Shown here piece after piece: positions 11,901 to 23,339 of a stretch of DNA of 64,000 nt (the stretch's first letter is position 1; every line of letters begins with the position of its first letter). This stretch comes from Macrostomum lignano. Its lineage: Eukaryota. The notes under the pieces were generated by a model. It was given only the letters and a program-made list of their open reading frames with translations, was not told the DNA's origin and did no database searches. Both the position numbers and the translations under genes were made by a program. The stretch covers positions 1 through 64,000 of the forward strand of contig NIVC01001092.1 in the NCBI GenBank assembly GCA_002269645.1. The letters are read 5' to 3'.

Positions 11901-13692
11901 ACTCAGCATAGCCATAGAGTGACTCAGCATAGCCATAGAGTGACTCAGCATAGCCATAGAGTGACTCAGCATAGCCATAGAGTGACTCAGCATAGCCCCT
12001 AGAGTGACTCAGCATAGCCCCTAGAGTGACTCAGCATAGCCCTAGAGTGACTCAGCATAGCCCCTAGAGTGACTCAGCATAGCCCTAGACTGACTCAGCA
12101 TAGCCCTAAGACTGACTCAGCATAGCCCTAGAATGGCTCAGCATAGCCCTAGAGTGACTCAGCATAGCCCTAGACTGACTCAGCATAGCCCTAGACTGAC
12201 TCAGCATAGCCCTAGAATGGCTCAGCATAGCCCTAGAGTGACTCAGCATAACCCCTAGAGTGACTCAGCATAGCCCTAGAGTGACTCAGCATAGCCCTAG
12301 AGTGACTCAGCATAGCCCTAGAGTGACTCAGCATAGCCCTAGAGTGACTCAGCATAGCCCTAGAGTGACTCAGCATAGCCCTAGAGTGACTCAGCATAGC
12401 CCCTAGAGTGACTCAGCATAGCCCTAGAGTGACTCAGCATAGCCCTAGAGTGACTCAGCATAGCCCTAGAGTGACTCAGCATAGCCCCTAGAGTGACTCA
12501 GCATAGCCCTAGAGTGACTCAGTATAGCCCTAGACTGACTCAGCATAGCCCTACTGACAAGCTTCCCGCATGCAAAAACATGTCGAATATTTTCCGCACC
12601 TGAAATTCCAGCCCATGCTGCTCCCTGCAATACTCCTTGATTTTTGGGTAAATCCTCTCCATTAAAGAGTTGCGCTCGACGCCAGTATCTGAAAAGAGAT
12701 CCGCGTTTCGTTGTTTGTATTTGAATCACCCAGTAGGCAATACGTAGCGTACTGATGGCGAGGAAGCTGGCATGTGATTCACCTGTAAATGTCGAACTCG
12801 TGAAGATGCGCACAATTTTGCTTGGCATGGTCGGCAGGCCGTCCAGAAAGCCGCGGAAGATTTTGTCTACCACCGGGTGGCAGCCTCGGCTCAGCGCGCC
12901 CTCCAGAATCTCCGGCTCGGGGTCCTCCTCCTCGGGCTCCTCCTCGACCTCCGCCTCCTCCTCCGACAGCGAAGTGTAGTCCGCCGCCTCGCCCGTTTCT
13001 GCGTAGAGCTCTCCCGCTGCCGCTGCTTCCGCGTCCGGTTCTGCGCCGCCGCCTGCTTCCGGCTCCTCGCCGCCGCCGCTTCCGGCTCGTCCCGCGGGCA
13101 CCCGCACGACCATCTGCTGCCGAACCACCGGGGCTCGTCGAATCGGCGCTGCCGCTGGTGTCGCCTGAGAAGCGGCTCCGTCTGCGACCTCTTCTTCTGC
13201 AGCTGGTGCAGCAGTTGAAGCCGCCTCACCTTGCTGCGTGTACGAGGCACCGGACCGGCGCGAAGCAGCCGACGCTGTGGACGCCGCTTGCTGCTGTCTC
13301 CGCCGCTGCTGGTGCACCTGCTGGCGCTGCTGGCGCTGCAGCTGCTGTTGCTGCTGTCGCGACTGTCGCGTCGACTGCCTAGTCGGCGCCGCCTCTCCCG
13401 ACGCCATCGAGGCCGGAGTCGCCGACACCGTCGGTGCCTGTTCCTCCGAGCGCGGCGGACTCTGCGACAGGAGCTGCCGCTGTTGAAGCGGCACTTCCGG
13501 ATCGGATTCGGCGGCATCTTCGTCGTTATTGTCATCGAAGCTTTGAGGCCTGCCACCGGAAGCAGCGGTGGTGCCGGATGCCGCGGTGGCGGGCGACAGG
13601 CGGCGGCGCTGCTGCTTCCGCTGCTTCTGCTGCTGCCTGGAGTTGCGCTGCCTCGTTGGCCTGCAGATGTGGCAATCACGACAAATGCACAT
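1141..13692 (-). CDS. NWD2: NACHT and WD40 repeat protein of NWD1/NWD2 type; multi-exon, reading frame broken by 5 indels
   Basis: Exons with GT-AG borders and consistent phase: ~13692-12783, 12688-12600, 11705-11379, 9253-9109, 6420-6142, 5442-5297, 5207-5071, 5005-1141. Family motifs: RIFTSSTFTD..ERNSLMERIYPKIKEYCREQHGLEFQVVDMRWGV (N-terminal DUF4062-like region), HNYFMSVTERE, Walker A GDPGCGKT, Walker B VFLDSLEEL, and WD40 repeats (LEGHQFACYG, LDAHFGRIVS, SSSMDKTIKVWN). The start codon is uncertain, and NWD1 versus NWD2 cannot be resolved by eye. Confidence 0.85.
5895..6030. repeat. (TC)n microsatellite and pyrimidine-rich tract in an NWD intron
   Basis: Pure TC run of ~50 bp flanked by degenerate TC-rich sequence. 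Confidence 0.95.
6590..7925. repeat. ~22-23 bp minisatellite (CCCTCTATGATCCATTCTCAG) in an NWD intron
   Basis: Dozens of tandem variants, interrupted at 7111-7304 by a palindromic insert. Confidence 0.95.
7111..7304. mobile_element. MITE-like palindromic element inserted in the minisatellite
   Basis: Left end GGGACGCTTTCATAAGACCTAAATTTCACAACGCCTAA is the near-perfect reverse complement of right end TTAGGCGTTGTGAAATTTAGGTCTTATGAAGCGCCCCC, with further internal inverted copies. Confidence 0.7.
9490..9643. mobile_element. Small MITE-like inverted repeat
   Basis: ATGGATAAGCCATAGACTATAAATGGAGAATCAAAAT (9490-9526) pairs with ATTTTGATTATCCATTTTTTATAGTCTATGGCTTATCCAT (9604-9643). Confidence 0.55.
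10585..11160. repeat. G-rich 39/50-bp minisatellite with G-quadruplex potential
   Basis: Units such as GTGGGGTGGGAGTGGGGTGGGTGCGGGAATGGAGCCCCCGCGAGGAGA with several G3-G4 runs each. Confidence 0.95.
11793..12553. repeat. 20/21-bp minisatellite, ~37 copies, nearly all containing TGACTCAGCA
   Basis: Unit AGAGTGACTCAGCATAGCC(A/C)T fills most of the NWD intron between 11706 and 12599. Confidence 0.95.
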
Positions 13693-13808
13693 CTTTCAGA
13701 ATGTGTCTGGAGAGCTTCGAGGGCTAAAAAACTAACTTTCAACATCGTACTGTTGTTTTATTCAAGCGTAGATGCATGATTTCAGAGTTGAAATTTAAAG
13801 AACTAAAG

Positions 13809-13953
13809 ATTAGTGCCAGAGGCGTCAAGATTAGTGCCCGAGGCGCCAAGATTAGTGCCAGAGGCGTCAAGATTAGTGCCCGAGGCGCCAAGATTAGTGC
13901 CCGAGGCGCCAAAATTAGTGCCAGAGGCGTCAAGATTAGTGCCAGAGGCGCCA
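13809..13953. repeat. 21-bp tandem repeat, ~7 copies, in the short gap between two minus-strand genes
   Basis: Unit ATTAGTGCC(A/C)GAGGCG(T/C)CAAG. Confidence 0.95.
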
Positions 13954-14052
13954 AACTAATCCATCAGGTGCTGAAACCTGGCCTGAGGAGCTAAAAACTT
14001 TTAATCCTAAGCCCCTCAAACACCATCAAAGCCGAGGCCCACCGCGGTTGAC

Positions 14053-16415
14053 TTACCCCTCCGGCTGTGCTCCCGACAGTCGCGAATTGGCGACGGTCTC
14101 CGCTGCCTCCGCTGTTGAATCGGCGTTGTCCTCATAGCCGGAGCCGCCGGTCGCCTGCGTGTCCGGCGTTTTGGGCGCGGCAAGCGGAGTTTGCTTGGCC
14201 CGTACGCGATCTGGGCGGTCCCGCGTCTCCTGCCGGTCACCGTCCGGTCTCTCAATCCGGTCTTTTCTAGACCGATTTTTCCGACTTTTTCGGGGGACCG
14301 AGTCCTGCTGCTCTGTCGTGGGCAGCTCTGGACGGTCTGGTCTGTCGGATCTGTCTGGTCTGTCGGATCTGTCTGGTCTGTCGGATCTGTCTGGTCTGTC
14401 GGATCTGTCTGGTCTGTCGGATCTGTCTGGTCTGTCGGATCTGTCTGGTCTGTCGGATCTGTCTGGTCTGTCGGATCTGTCTGGTCTGTCGGATCTGTCT
14501 GGCCTGTCGGATCTGTCTGGTCTGTCGGATCTGTCTGGTCTGTCGGATCTGTCTGGTCTGTCGGATCTGTCTGGCCTGTCGGATCTGTCTGGTCTGTCGG
14601 ATCTGTCTAGTCTTTCAGATCTGTCTGGTCTTTCAGATCTGTCTGGTCTTTCAGATCTGTCTGGTCTTTCAGATCTGTCTGGTCTTTCAGATCTGTTTGG
14701 TCTTTCAGATCTGTCTGGTCTTTCAGATCTGTCTGGTCTTTCCGATCTGTCTGGTCTTTCAGATCTGTCTGGTCTTTCAGATCTGTCTGGTCTTTCAGAT
14801 CTGTCTGGTCTTTCAGATCTGTCTGGTCTGTCGGATCTGTCTGGTCTGTCGGATCTCTGTCGCCTTTCAGATTTATCCCGTCTGTGTGTTCTCTCAGACC
14901 TATCTGGTCTCTCAGACCTGTCTGGTCTCTCAGACCTGTCTGGTCTCTCAGACCTGTCTGGTCTCTCAGACCTGTCTGGCCTCTCAGACCGGTGCTTCCG
15001 ACCTGTAGCATCTGGCGGATCCTGCCGGGCACGCATCTCAGACTTGAGAATTTTTGCTCCGCCACTGTCAAGCTCGTCGGCAGCGGGCGCCTTCGCTTGC
15101 CAGACCTTTCCCGCCGCTGCTTGAGGGCCACCTCCGCTTCCGCCTCCGCCTCTGTCGAGTCCGCTCTCGACTCGCCCGATTCGTCAATGTCGGACTGTCT
15201 TCGACGCTTCGTCAGGCCCGTTGCTCCCGGAGTTGTCGACGTCGGCGGCAGCACGGGAAAGGCGGCCCGGCGCAGGTTGAGGCTCTCGACCGAGCCGGCC
15301 TGGCGCACCGGCTGGGCGCCCGTGGAGTTCAGGTCCGGCACGCTGCGGTAGCTCCGGCCGCCGAGACCGCCGCCAACTGCTTCGCCAGCCTCGTCGTGGC
15401 CGCGACTTGCCGACGAGTCGCTTCGGGTCGCCCGCTCCTCTTCGTCCTCGTCGAACTCGTCTTCGTCTCTGTCTGAGACGATGGACTCCGACTCCGCGGA
15501 AGATGTTGAACGACGCCGACGCTCTTCGAGTCGCTGCCGATGACGCTGCAAATTGTGCAGCTGGCGCTGCCGCTGGTACTTCTGATAGGCCTCCTGGTCG
15601 GCCAGCTGGCTGCCGATGCTGCGCAGGACTCGCTTTGTCCGCTCCTGGGACGCCTCCGAGTTGTCCAGCGCTGGCAGGCGGTACTTCGCCGCTTTGCCGT
15701 AAGGATTCTGAGCAGCTGTTGGCTTCTTCTTCGACCGCTGAAATTGCGACTGCGAGTTCTGGTGCTGCTGCTGCTGCTGCTGCTGCCGAGAGCCCGGGAA
15801 GTGCTGGACCAACGAGAATTCCGACGCCTGCATCGGAGTGAGGGAGTTCAGCGCCTTGGAGAAGCTCGGCTGCAGCGAGCGCACGCCGAGCCCGGAGGCG
15901 CCAGCCGGAGACTCAACCGGCAGCGAGCCAAAAGTCGCAGTGCCCAGCGGCCCGCCGCCCATCGTCGGCCTCTTCATGGCGGCCGCCTGGCCGATCGGCA
16001 CGAAGGCCACCTCTCCGGGCTTCAGCAGCGACTTGGTAGGGGCAGCCTCCTGGCCGCCGGCGATGCGGACGTCGAACTGCTTGCCGGAGAACACGACAAG
16101 GACGTCCGTGTCCCGGCCGGTGACCCCTGGATGGAGGCCGCCGCCACCGCCTCCAGCTGCCGTAGAAGCCGCCGCAGCCGCCGCATTGCCGTCGCTGTAG
16201 TGTAATGCCGATGGCGCCGAGGCGCTGCCGCCTCCGCCGCCGTCGAAACCGCCGCCGATGCCGTCCAGCCGCTTCTTGGCCCGCTCGATGATCTCGCGCT
16301 CGAACTGCGGCCCGGCCACTGGGATGAGGTTGGTCTTCTTCACCGTCACTGCAACCAGGCGGTGGCCGTGGCCCCGTGGACAGGACATGAGCACTATGGG
16401 CGACAGTGTTCTCAC
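14053..16415 (-). CDS. Unknown intrinsically disordered protein with a C-terminal (S[D/E]RPDR)n repeat; one probable indel near 15050
   Basis: ORF 16415-14607 is GC-rich with Ala/Gly/Gln tracts and a coiled-coil-like stretch (QEAYQKYQRQRQLHNLQRHRQRLEERRRR). Adding one A to the A5 run in GCAAAAATTCTC gives EQKILKSEMRARQDPP and joins ORF 15036-14053. No family recognised; true start uncertain. Confidence 0.55.
14330..14995. repeat. 18-bp tandem repeat, >30 copies, probably coding (SDRPDR/SERPDR)
   Basis: GATCTGTCTGGTCTGTCG and GATCTGTCTGGTCTTTCA variants arranged in homogeneous blocks. Confidence 0.95.
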
Positions 16416-17077
16416 TATTGTCTCCCAGAGACTTGCGCAGAGCTCTGACCCCGGCTCCGCTCCGCCAGCTTAAGACCCGCGGGATGCACAGCAGAGAAGC
16501 CCAACAGAGCGGCTTGGCCAAAGAGCAAAGAGAATTGTGGCTCCTCCCATTCACTCCCATTTTATTTCCCAATGTGACTTGGCGAGTTAAACATACAGTC
16601 TGCCCCCGTCTGCTCTCCGCAGGCCCTACACTGGATGAAAGTCCACTCTCGGGTTTTCTGTTCCCGCTTCAACCATTGATTGGCAGTTGAAGACACCTCC
16701 CTTTATACTTGCTCTTGTGGCAAATCAGCTGTGACTCAAGCTAAGCTATGAGTAGGCTTAGTGTGTTTGTCTTCTACTTTATTCTTCTCCCCATCATCCC
16801 TCCCAGCGCATAGCAACCAGCTGTCACACCAGATGTGAGTCAATTCTTAAGACTGTAGCATCACCCGCCGTCACGCTGCGCTCAATGCTAGTTTTATTCC
16901 ACTTTTTGCAAGCTAAACATGCGGGCCTCTTAAACGCGAAGATGGACCCGTTGGCCGCCTATGCCGGCCGGTGTTGTGTGCTTTGGCTGCGGCCGCAATT
17001 AAAAAAAGCGGCTGTAATTAGTGCTGCCATTGTCTATCACCTGTTCTTGGCTAGAACAACTCCTTGAAACTCATTAA

Positions 17078-17363
17078 CCTGTTCCAGCTATAGCTATCTA
17101 CCTGTTCCAGCTGTAGCTATCTACCTGCTCCAGCTGTAGCTTTCTACCTGTTCCAGCTGTAGCTATCTACCTGTTCCAGCTGTAGCTTTCTACCTGTTCC
17201 AGCTGTAGCTATCTACCTGTTCCAGCTGTAGCTATCTACCTGTTCCAGCTGTAGCTTTCTACCTGTTCCAGCTGTAGCTTTCTACCTGTTCCAGCTATAG
17301 CTATCTACCTGTTCCAGCTGTAGCTATCTACCTGTTCCAGCTGTAGCTTTCTACCTGTTCCAG
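17078..17363. repeat. 23-bp minisatellite, ~12 copies
   Basis: Unit ACCTGTTCCAGCTGTAGCT(A/T)TCT, containing CAGCTG. Confidence 0.95.
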
Positions 17364-18119
17364 CCCTTCCAGTTCACCCCATTTACCCTAGCAACTGCGA
17401 ACTTGACAATTCGTGTCCCAGTCCCTCACCTGGCGGAGGCATGCCACTGATGGAGACTTTCCACAGGCTCTTGGTCTGCGGGCGTGCCTTTGGTCCCATT
17501 TCCATTAGTCGTCTGGAGTTGTTTATTTGTTATTGTCATGGTGATTGCTTATTCTTATTTAAAACATAAAACTATTAAAAAGGTAAGCGTAGTATTCATA
17601 GTGAACTTTATGTATCCGTTATGATAGTGCGTATCATAGCAAAGTGTATGCATTGGATACATATTAATAAAAACAAAAACAATCCGGTAGTTCCATTGTC
17701 ATATTCTATTAATAAATCTTAGACAAAAAGTAAAAAGTACAAAAAGCAGCACTTTCTACTAACTTAGTAGTGCAGAAGGAAAGTAAGTAGAAAAAACATA
17801 ATTTAGCTCTCTCTGGATAGTACCAAAGAGAAATGTTTGTAATAAAAATGAGTAAGTCTACCTGCTCAGAAACTGGCTAAAAGGCGATTAAAAAGAGTTT
17901 CATGTTTGTTGCCGCAGAAATGAATTGGTTCTGTCAAGAATACATAAGAAAATTGGTTTTGATTCTTGAGGTTCCAAGTGTGCGGTGGGTTTCTAGAAAT
18001 TGTGTGCCCAAACGGCTAATTGCATCCGGGTCATGCGCGGCATGATCAAAGCTGAGCTGGTCTGAAATCAATTTCTTCTTTTTTCACATTACAAGTGTTT
18101 GTGTCCCTCTATCCTTATC

Positions 18120-18960
18120 TAATTTGTGATTGAATGATTCATGGAGTGTTCTTAAAACTGTGTTTGTATCCCTCTACCCTTTTGTGATTGGCTGATTCGT
18201 GGGGTGTTCTTAAACTGTGTTTTTGTCCCTCTACCCCTATCTTCTTTGTGATTGGCTGATTCATGGGGTATTCTTAAAACTGTGTTTTTGTCCCTCTACC
18301 CCTATCTTCTTTGTGATTGGCTGATTCATGGGGTATTCTTAAAACTGTGTTTTTGTCCCTCTACCCCTATCTTCTTTGTGATTGGCTGATTCATGGGGTG
18401 TTCTTAAACTGTGTTTGTGTCCCTCTACCCCTATCTTCTTTGTGATTGGCTGATTCATGGGGTGTTCTTAAAACTGTGTTTGTGTCCCTCTAGTCCTATC
18501 TTCTTTGTAATTGGCTGATTCATGGGGTGTTATTGTAGTTGTATTTGTGTCCCTCTACCCCTAACTCCTTTGTAATTGGCTGATTCTTGGGTTGCCATTG
18601 TAGTTGTACTTGTGTCCCTCTACCCATAACTCCTTTGTAATTGGCTGTTTCATGGGGTGCTATTGTAGTTGTACTTGTGTCCCTCTAGCCATAACTCCTT
18701 TGTAATTGGCTGATTCTTGGGTTGCCATTGTAGTTGTACTTGTGTCCCTCTACCCATAACTCCTTTGTAATTGGCTGTTTCATGGGGTGCTATTGTAGTT
18801 GTACTTGTGTCCCTCTACCCCTAACTCCTTTGTAATTGGCTGATTCTTGGGTTGCCATTGTAGTTGTACTTGTGTCCCTCTACCCATAACTCCTTTGTAA
18901 TTGGCTGTTTCATAGGGTGCTATTGTAGTTGTATTTGTGTCCCTCTACCCCAATCTCCTT
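18120..18960. repeat. ~65-bp minisatellite, ~13 copies, two sequence variants
   Basis: CTTCTTTGTGATTGGCTGATTCATGGGG...GTCCCTCTACCCCTAT; period of 64-65 measured at 18241, 18306, 18371 and 18435. Confidence 0.9.
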
Positions 18961-19754
18961 TGCCGTTCGATGAACTACTATGTTTTACCTTTATTTCGCA
19001 AATAGTAAAACAACTGCAGAAATGAGGTCTTAATGCTAACTATCAGAGATTACCCCAGAGAAGAATACGTCAGAGAAGAGTGTTAAATTAAGAGTGACAA
19101 TGGTTGTTCAGATCAGCAATTGATTTTGCCTTGGCAAGTCCTTGACAATGGAGGTGGGTGGTTTATGCACAACAACTGGGCTCGGAGCAGAACAAAGAGA
19201 CAATAGAGAGAGCCCAGCTGTGCTTTCGTCAGTCAGTCAGTTCAACTGCCGAACTAACAATACAATAACTATAGCTACTACTGCTATAAATAGTACATGG
19301 CCGGCTGCCGGCGCGCGTGACGTTAAGAAATGTAAGCTGGCTACGGACAAATAGAGTTAGTAATAAAGAAATAAGTAAAGCTGCCTGAGTACAGGTGTTA
19401 TAAATTTATGCCAATAAAATTTGAGGAAATGTTTCGTGCCCGACCTAGCGGTAGAGTCTGTTTGTTTCTCATCAGTGAGCAGCCTGCTCAGTAGTCATAG
19501 GCTGAGCAATGCTGGGCAGAGACTAGTTGCTATGCTTGAAATTAATTATAAAACTTTAAAACCAATTCTCTTACAATTACAGCGGCCAAGCGTCACACAA
19601 CTAAAACTAATCCTTTGCTAATCTGCCAACACTCACCTGGAGACACTGCGGCCTTTGTAAACTGCAAAAGTGTAGGGTAGATAACAAGGTACATGTATAT
19701 TACATGATTAACTGTGGTTCTTAGGAACAAATGAATCACAAGAATTTTTAGAGA

Positions 19755-20052
19755 TCACAAGATTCAGGGATCACAAGACTAAGGGATCACAAGACTAAGG
19801 GATCACAAGACTCAGGGATCACATGACTCAGGGATCACAAGACTAAGGGCTCATAAGACTAAGGGATCACAAGACTCAGGGATCACATGACTCAGGGATC
19901 ACATGACTCAGGGATCACAAGACTCAGGGATCACAAGACTCAGGGATCACATGACTCAGGGATCACAAGACTAAGGGATCACAAGACTCAGGGATCACAA
20001 GACTCAGGGATCACAAGACTCAGGGATCACAAGACTCAGGGATCACAAGACT
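19755..20052. repeat. 16-bp minisatellite, ~18 copies
   Basis: Unit (C/A)AGGGATCACA(A/T)GACT. Confidence 0.95.
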
Positions 20053-21210
20053 AAAAAATTAAGATTAATATAGAAGGTAACTAGCAGTGCATAAATGGGT
20101 CAAGAAATGCGAGGCCTTATTAACGGCATACGAAAGCAACATGCTTCCAGATGGTCAGCGGAAGTGTCCAGATGTACTTTTGAAAAGTCGCACCCAGTTT
20201 GGCAAGGAGAGAGAAGGAAAGAGTGAAACAGAGGCAGTGAGAAGAGAGTCCAGGTAAGCAATGTTGCCAAGTTTCGCCATTTTCAGCTCCCGCTTAGCCC
20301 GTGGGTGGTTGCCAGCCTCCCCGGCAACCTTCTCCTTCCTCATCTAAGCTCTCTCTACGCGTCGCTTTTTAATCAGCTTCTCCCAAAGCTTGGGCGCCCA
20401 GGAAAGAAAGAAAGGAAAGGAAAGGAAAGACTGGGAGACAACCGACGTGCGAGAGCTTGTAAAAGCAAGGCGACTGCGGGCAGAGACAGAAATGGCACTA
20501 TTTTCCACCTTTCAGGTGCTGCTTGCTGCTTCTAGTGCGTTTAGAAAAAATCTAAAATATTTAATAATCAGTTGGCGGGAGTTTGTCCTTCCTCTGCCTG
20601 TCTCGGCGCCTCCTCTGGCGTCCCCAGCAACAGCGTCTCTGCATCACGCAGGAGGCTGGGATGGGACCTTTTTTCCTCCCAATGGAGGGCTGCCGCCTTG
20701 TCGTCTATTGGTGCGCAGTCGATGTTTTCCTTTTAGCTTTCTTGGCTATGCAGGCCAAATCTGCGACTGTCCTGTTTCTCAGCTTGTTGTGCACTACTTT
20801 CGGAAATTTTCACCTTTGATTTTGCTTTTAGCTTAATAAATACACTCACTCGTTGTAAAGAAAAAGCTATTCGTTGAAATTAGCAATGGGGGCTAACTGA
20901 ACCAGATGGCCGCCAGAGAAAACATTGGCGAGATGGGAAGTACTCAGTTCCCCAATATTTCACCTTCTGGAAGCCAGTTGTGTGTTTTTAGACAGATTTT
21001 CCCCGGACCGAATTTGTCTATGGTTAAACCAATTCAGCAGCAAATCTTTGCAAAATCCGTCGAGCAAGAAAACATCGATAAAGTACATATGTACTTTGGC
21101 GCTAAATTACTCGTATAAATATAATTATATTGGTTGTTGCGCTGATATTAATAATTATTTATTTGCCTTAATGACATCTGTGTGATGACAGATCACGCAG
21201 ATCACACAGA

Positions 21211-21456
21211 GAGGGTTGTAGCCTAGTGGTAAAAGGGTTGGACTCACGACTTGAAGGTCCGGGGTTCGATTCCCGATCCCACTGGAATAATTTGTGTCCA
21301 TTTAGCAAGAAACTTAACTCCCTGCCCAGCTGTAAAATGGGTGCCAGCATTAGCTGGGGTAATTAAGGGTGTGCGTGGCGACCCCCACCCAATCCTTGGA
21401 CTGAACAGCCGTTCTGAACAATAGCTGCGGCTGAGCTGTCGGTTGCACATCTGGCC
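21211..21456 (+). mobile_element. tRNA-derived CORE-type SINE copy 2, most complete copy
   Basis: Pol III A-box-like TAGCCTAGTGGTAAA, B-box GGTTCGATTCCC, then TGTGTCCATTTAGCAAGAAACTTAAC...CCCAGCTGTAAAATGGGTGCCAGC and the shared 3' body. Confidence 0.8.
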
Positions 21457-23339
21457 GAATTGGGGAAGTGATCTATTTTTTATTGGCGTTTGTTTTCTTG
21501 CTATTTTTAAGAAGAGCTACACTGCTTAGAATCCGTTTACTTTTTTGAAACTTTTTCCTTAAGTGCAGCATCCTTTATCCTTCAGTTGTCCATCAAAAGC
21601 AGCCTTCAAAACATTTTCCGAGAAATCGAGAAAGTGTCCCGACCTACTTCTAGCGGTCCTTGAGGGCATGGATGTGCTGATCAAAACAAATGACAATTTT
21701 GCTACTAAAGACAAAATCCCAGTTATATTCAATTGTTCAAAGCAAAGCTTTTGTTCGATAGAGGATTTTGAGATACTTAGTAAGTAGTATTCTAGTAAGA
21801 GTGTATTAGTGTTCAGAACGACAAATTATGGGTCAAACCTTTTCTGAGTATTTTTACTTCAATTCTCTCCTATTATGATAGTTCAGATGCACTTAAACCT
21901 CCTGGCTAAACCTATGTTGGTCATCATGCACTAAAGTTGCTCAGATCGTGATCTGGCTTGCTTAAAATGCCTTATCCTGGCATTGGCCAGAGGTAAATCA
22001 AACTCAGTCCCGGGATTTCAGCTGAATAATAACTGCTCAGAGCCTCCCATGCAGCAGCCTCAGCACTATCTACACACTGCCACACAAATTCTCCTTCTTT
22101 ATAGTTTGCCAATCGCAAAATTTGAAGTTAGCAGCAAATCGGTTAAACAAAAAATGAACAGCATTTTGTGAATGAACTCAAGATCGCTTGCAACCTGCTG
22201 TCAAAAGCACTTTTCTGCAATAATTTTTGCAACCTGTTAGATCTGTTTCTGCAACAAGATTGTCTTTCTTTTATCCTATTTTTACAACAAAATGAAGAAA
22301 AGCACCGGTGGGATGCTGCACTGTACCGTGTCCGTTCGGGTACTGCAGTGTCATGCTGAAGGCTTATTAGTGAAGAAAAGTTTCGCTGCTCTCGCTGCTG
22401 CTTCTAAAAGCAATTGTCCCCGACGCTCAGTCAGACTCGCAGCGCTTTGGCCGTGTTGTCCTCTGCTGGCATGCGGGCGCGAGTCAGTAAGCTGTTGCTT
22501 GGCTTCTCTGCAGTTGAGTCTGTTGAGTTTGTCCGCTCTCGGTCAGTTGTATTTGAGGCAAAAAGTGACTTTAATCCTTCCCCAAATTCCCTCAGCTTGA
22601 GGGCCTGAGGAGGTGGCTGAGAGCTCCAACAAGAGGCGGCTGCAGAGCGAGCTGTGGTTGGCTGCAGCTCCGGGATTGGGGGGGGGTAGAAAATGTCCGG
22701 GGGAAAACTTTGGGGCCCGCGGTGGCGAGTTGGCATGGCAACTAGATGAGAATGAGGCCCAAGTCAAACAGTCTTATCCCCTAATGCCTGCCCACCCCCG
22801 CCTTGCCCTGCAGCTTCGCCCTGCCAGGCGCATTCAGGATTCAGGTTTGCGAGGCACAAATTTGGTGACAAATATGGAGATTAAAACTGAATTAAAACTG
22901 CTTTGATATTCATGACAATCGTGGAAGTTTAGCAGCAGAACAGGCATGAATTAGAATAAAAAATCAAAAGAGTTATTTAAAAGCTTCTCATGCAAGTGAT
23001 GCACTGAGGCATTTCTTCTGCCAGTGCAGTACAAATCAATTTTATCAGCTTATCGATTCCGGACCAAATTCTGAGAGGACCAAATCCTTTTTTTCTCTTA
23101 CCTCGGTTTTATCGCTGACTCAACGCGTAAGATGCCTAAATGAGCTCTGCAGCCGGTTTCACGCCTCAGAGCCAGATTCATCGGTGCTCCATCCTATTAA
23201 GCCAATATGTTATAAAGTGCAAGACTCTTTTGTATTAATTTATAACATCGCCAAACTGCGCACCGATCTTCGTTTCTCTTAACTTTTTTATCTTCAAATG
23301 TGTCTAAAAATGAGTGGTCTGAAAAAATAGAAAATACCC

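Noticed and set aside
21211-21285. Possible tRNA gene
   Set aside because: It runs directly into the SINE body shared with two other copies and lacks a clean cloverleaf and T-run terminator.
20155-22906. Scattered 60-150 aa ORFs between the repeat-tail gene and the ELAV 3' region
   Set aside because: No recognisable motifs or consistent exon chain; they may be UTR or non-coding exons but cannot be supported from sequence alone.
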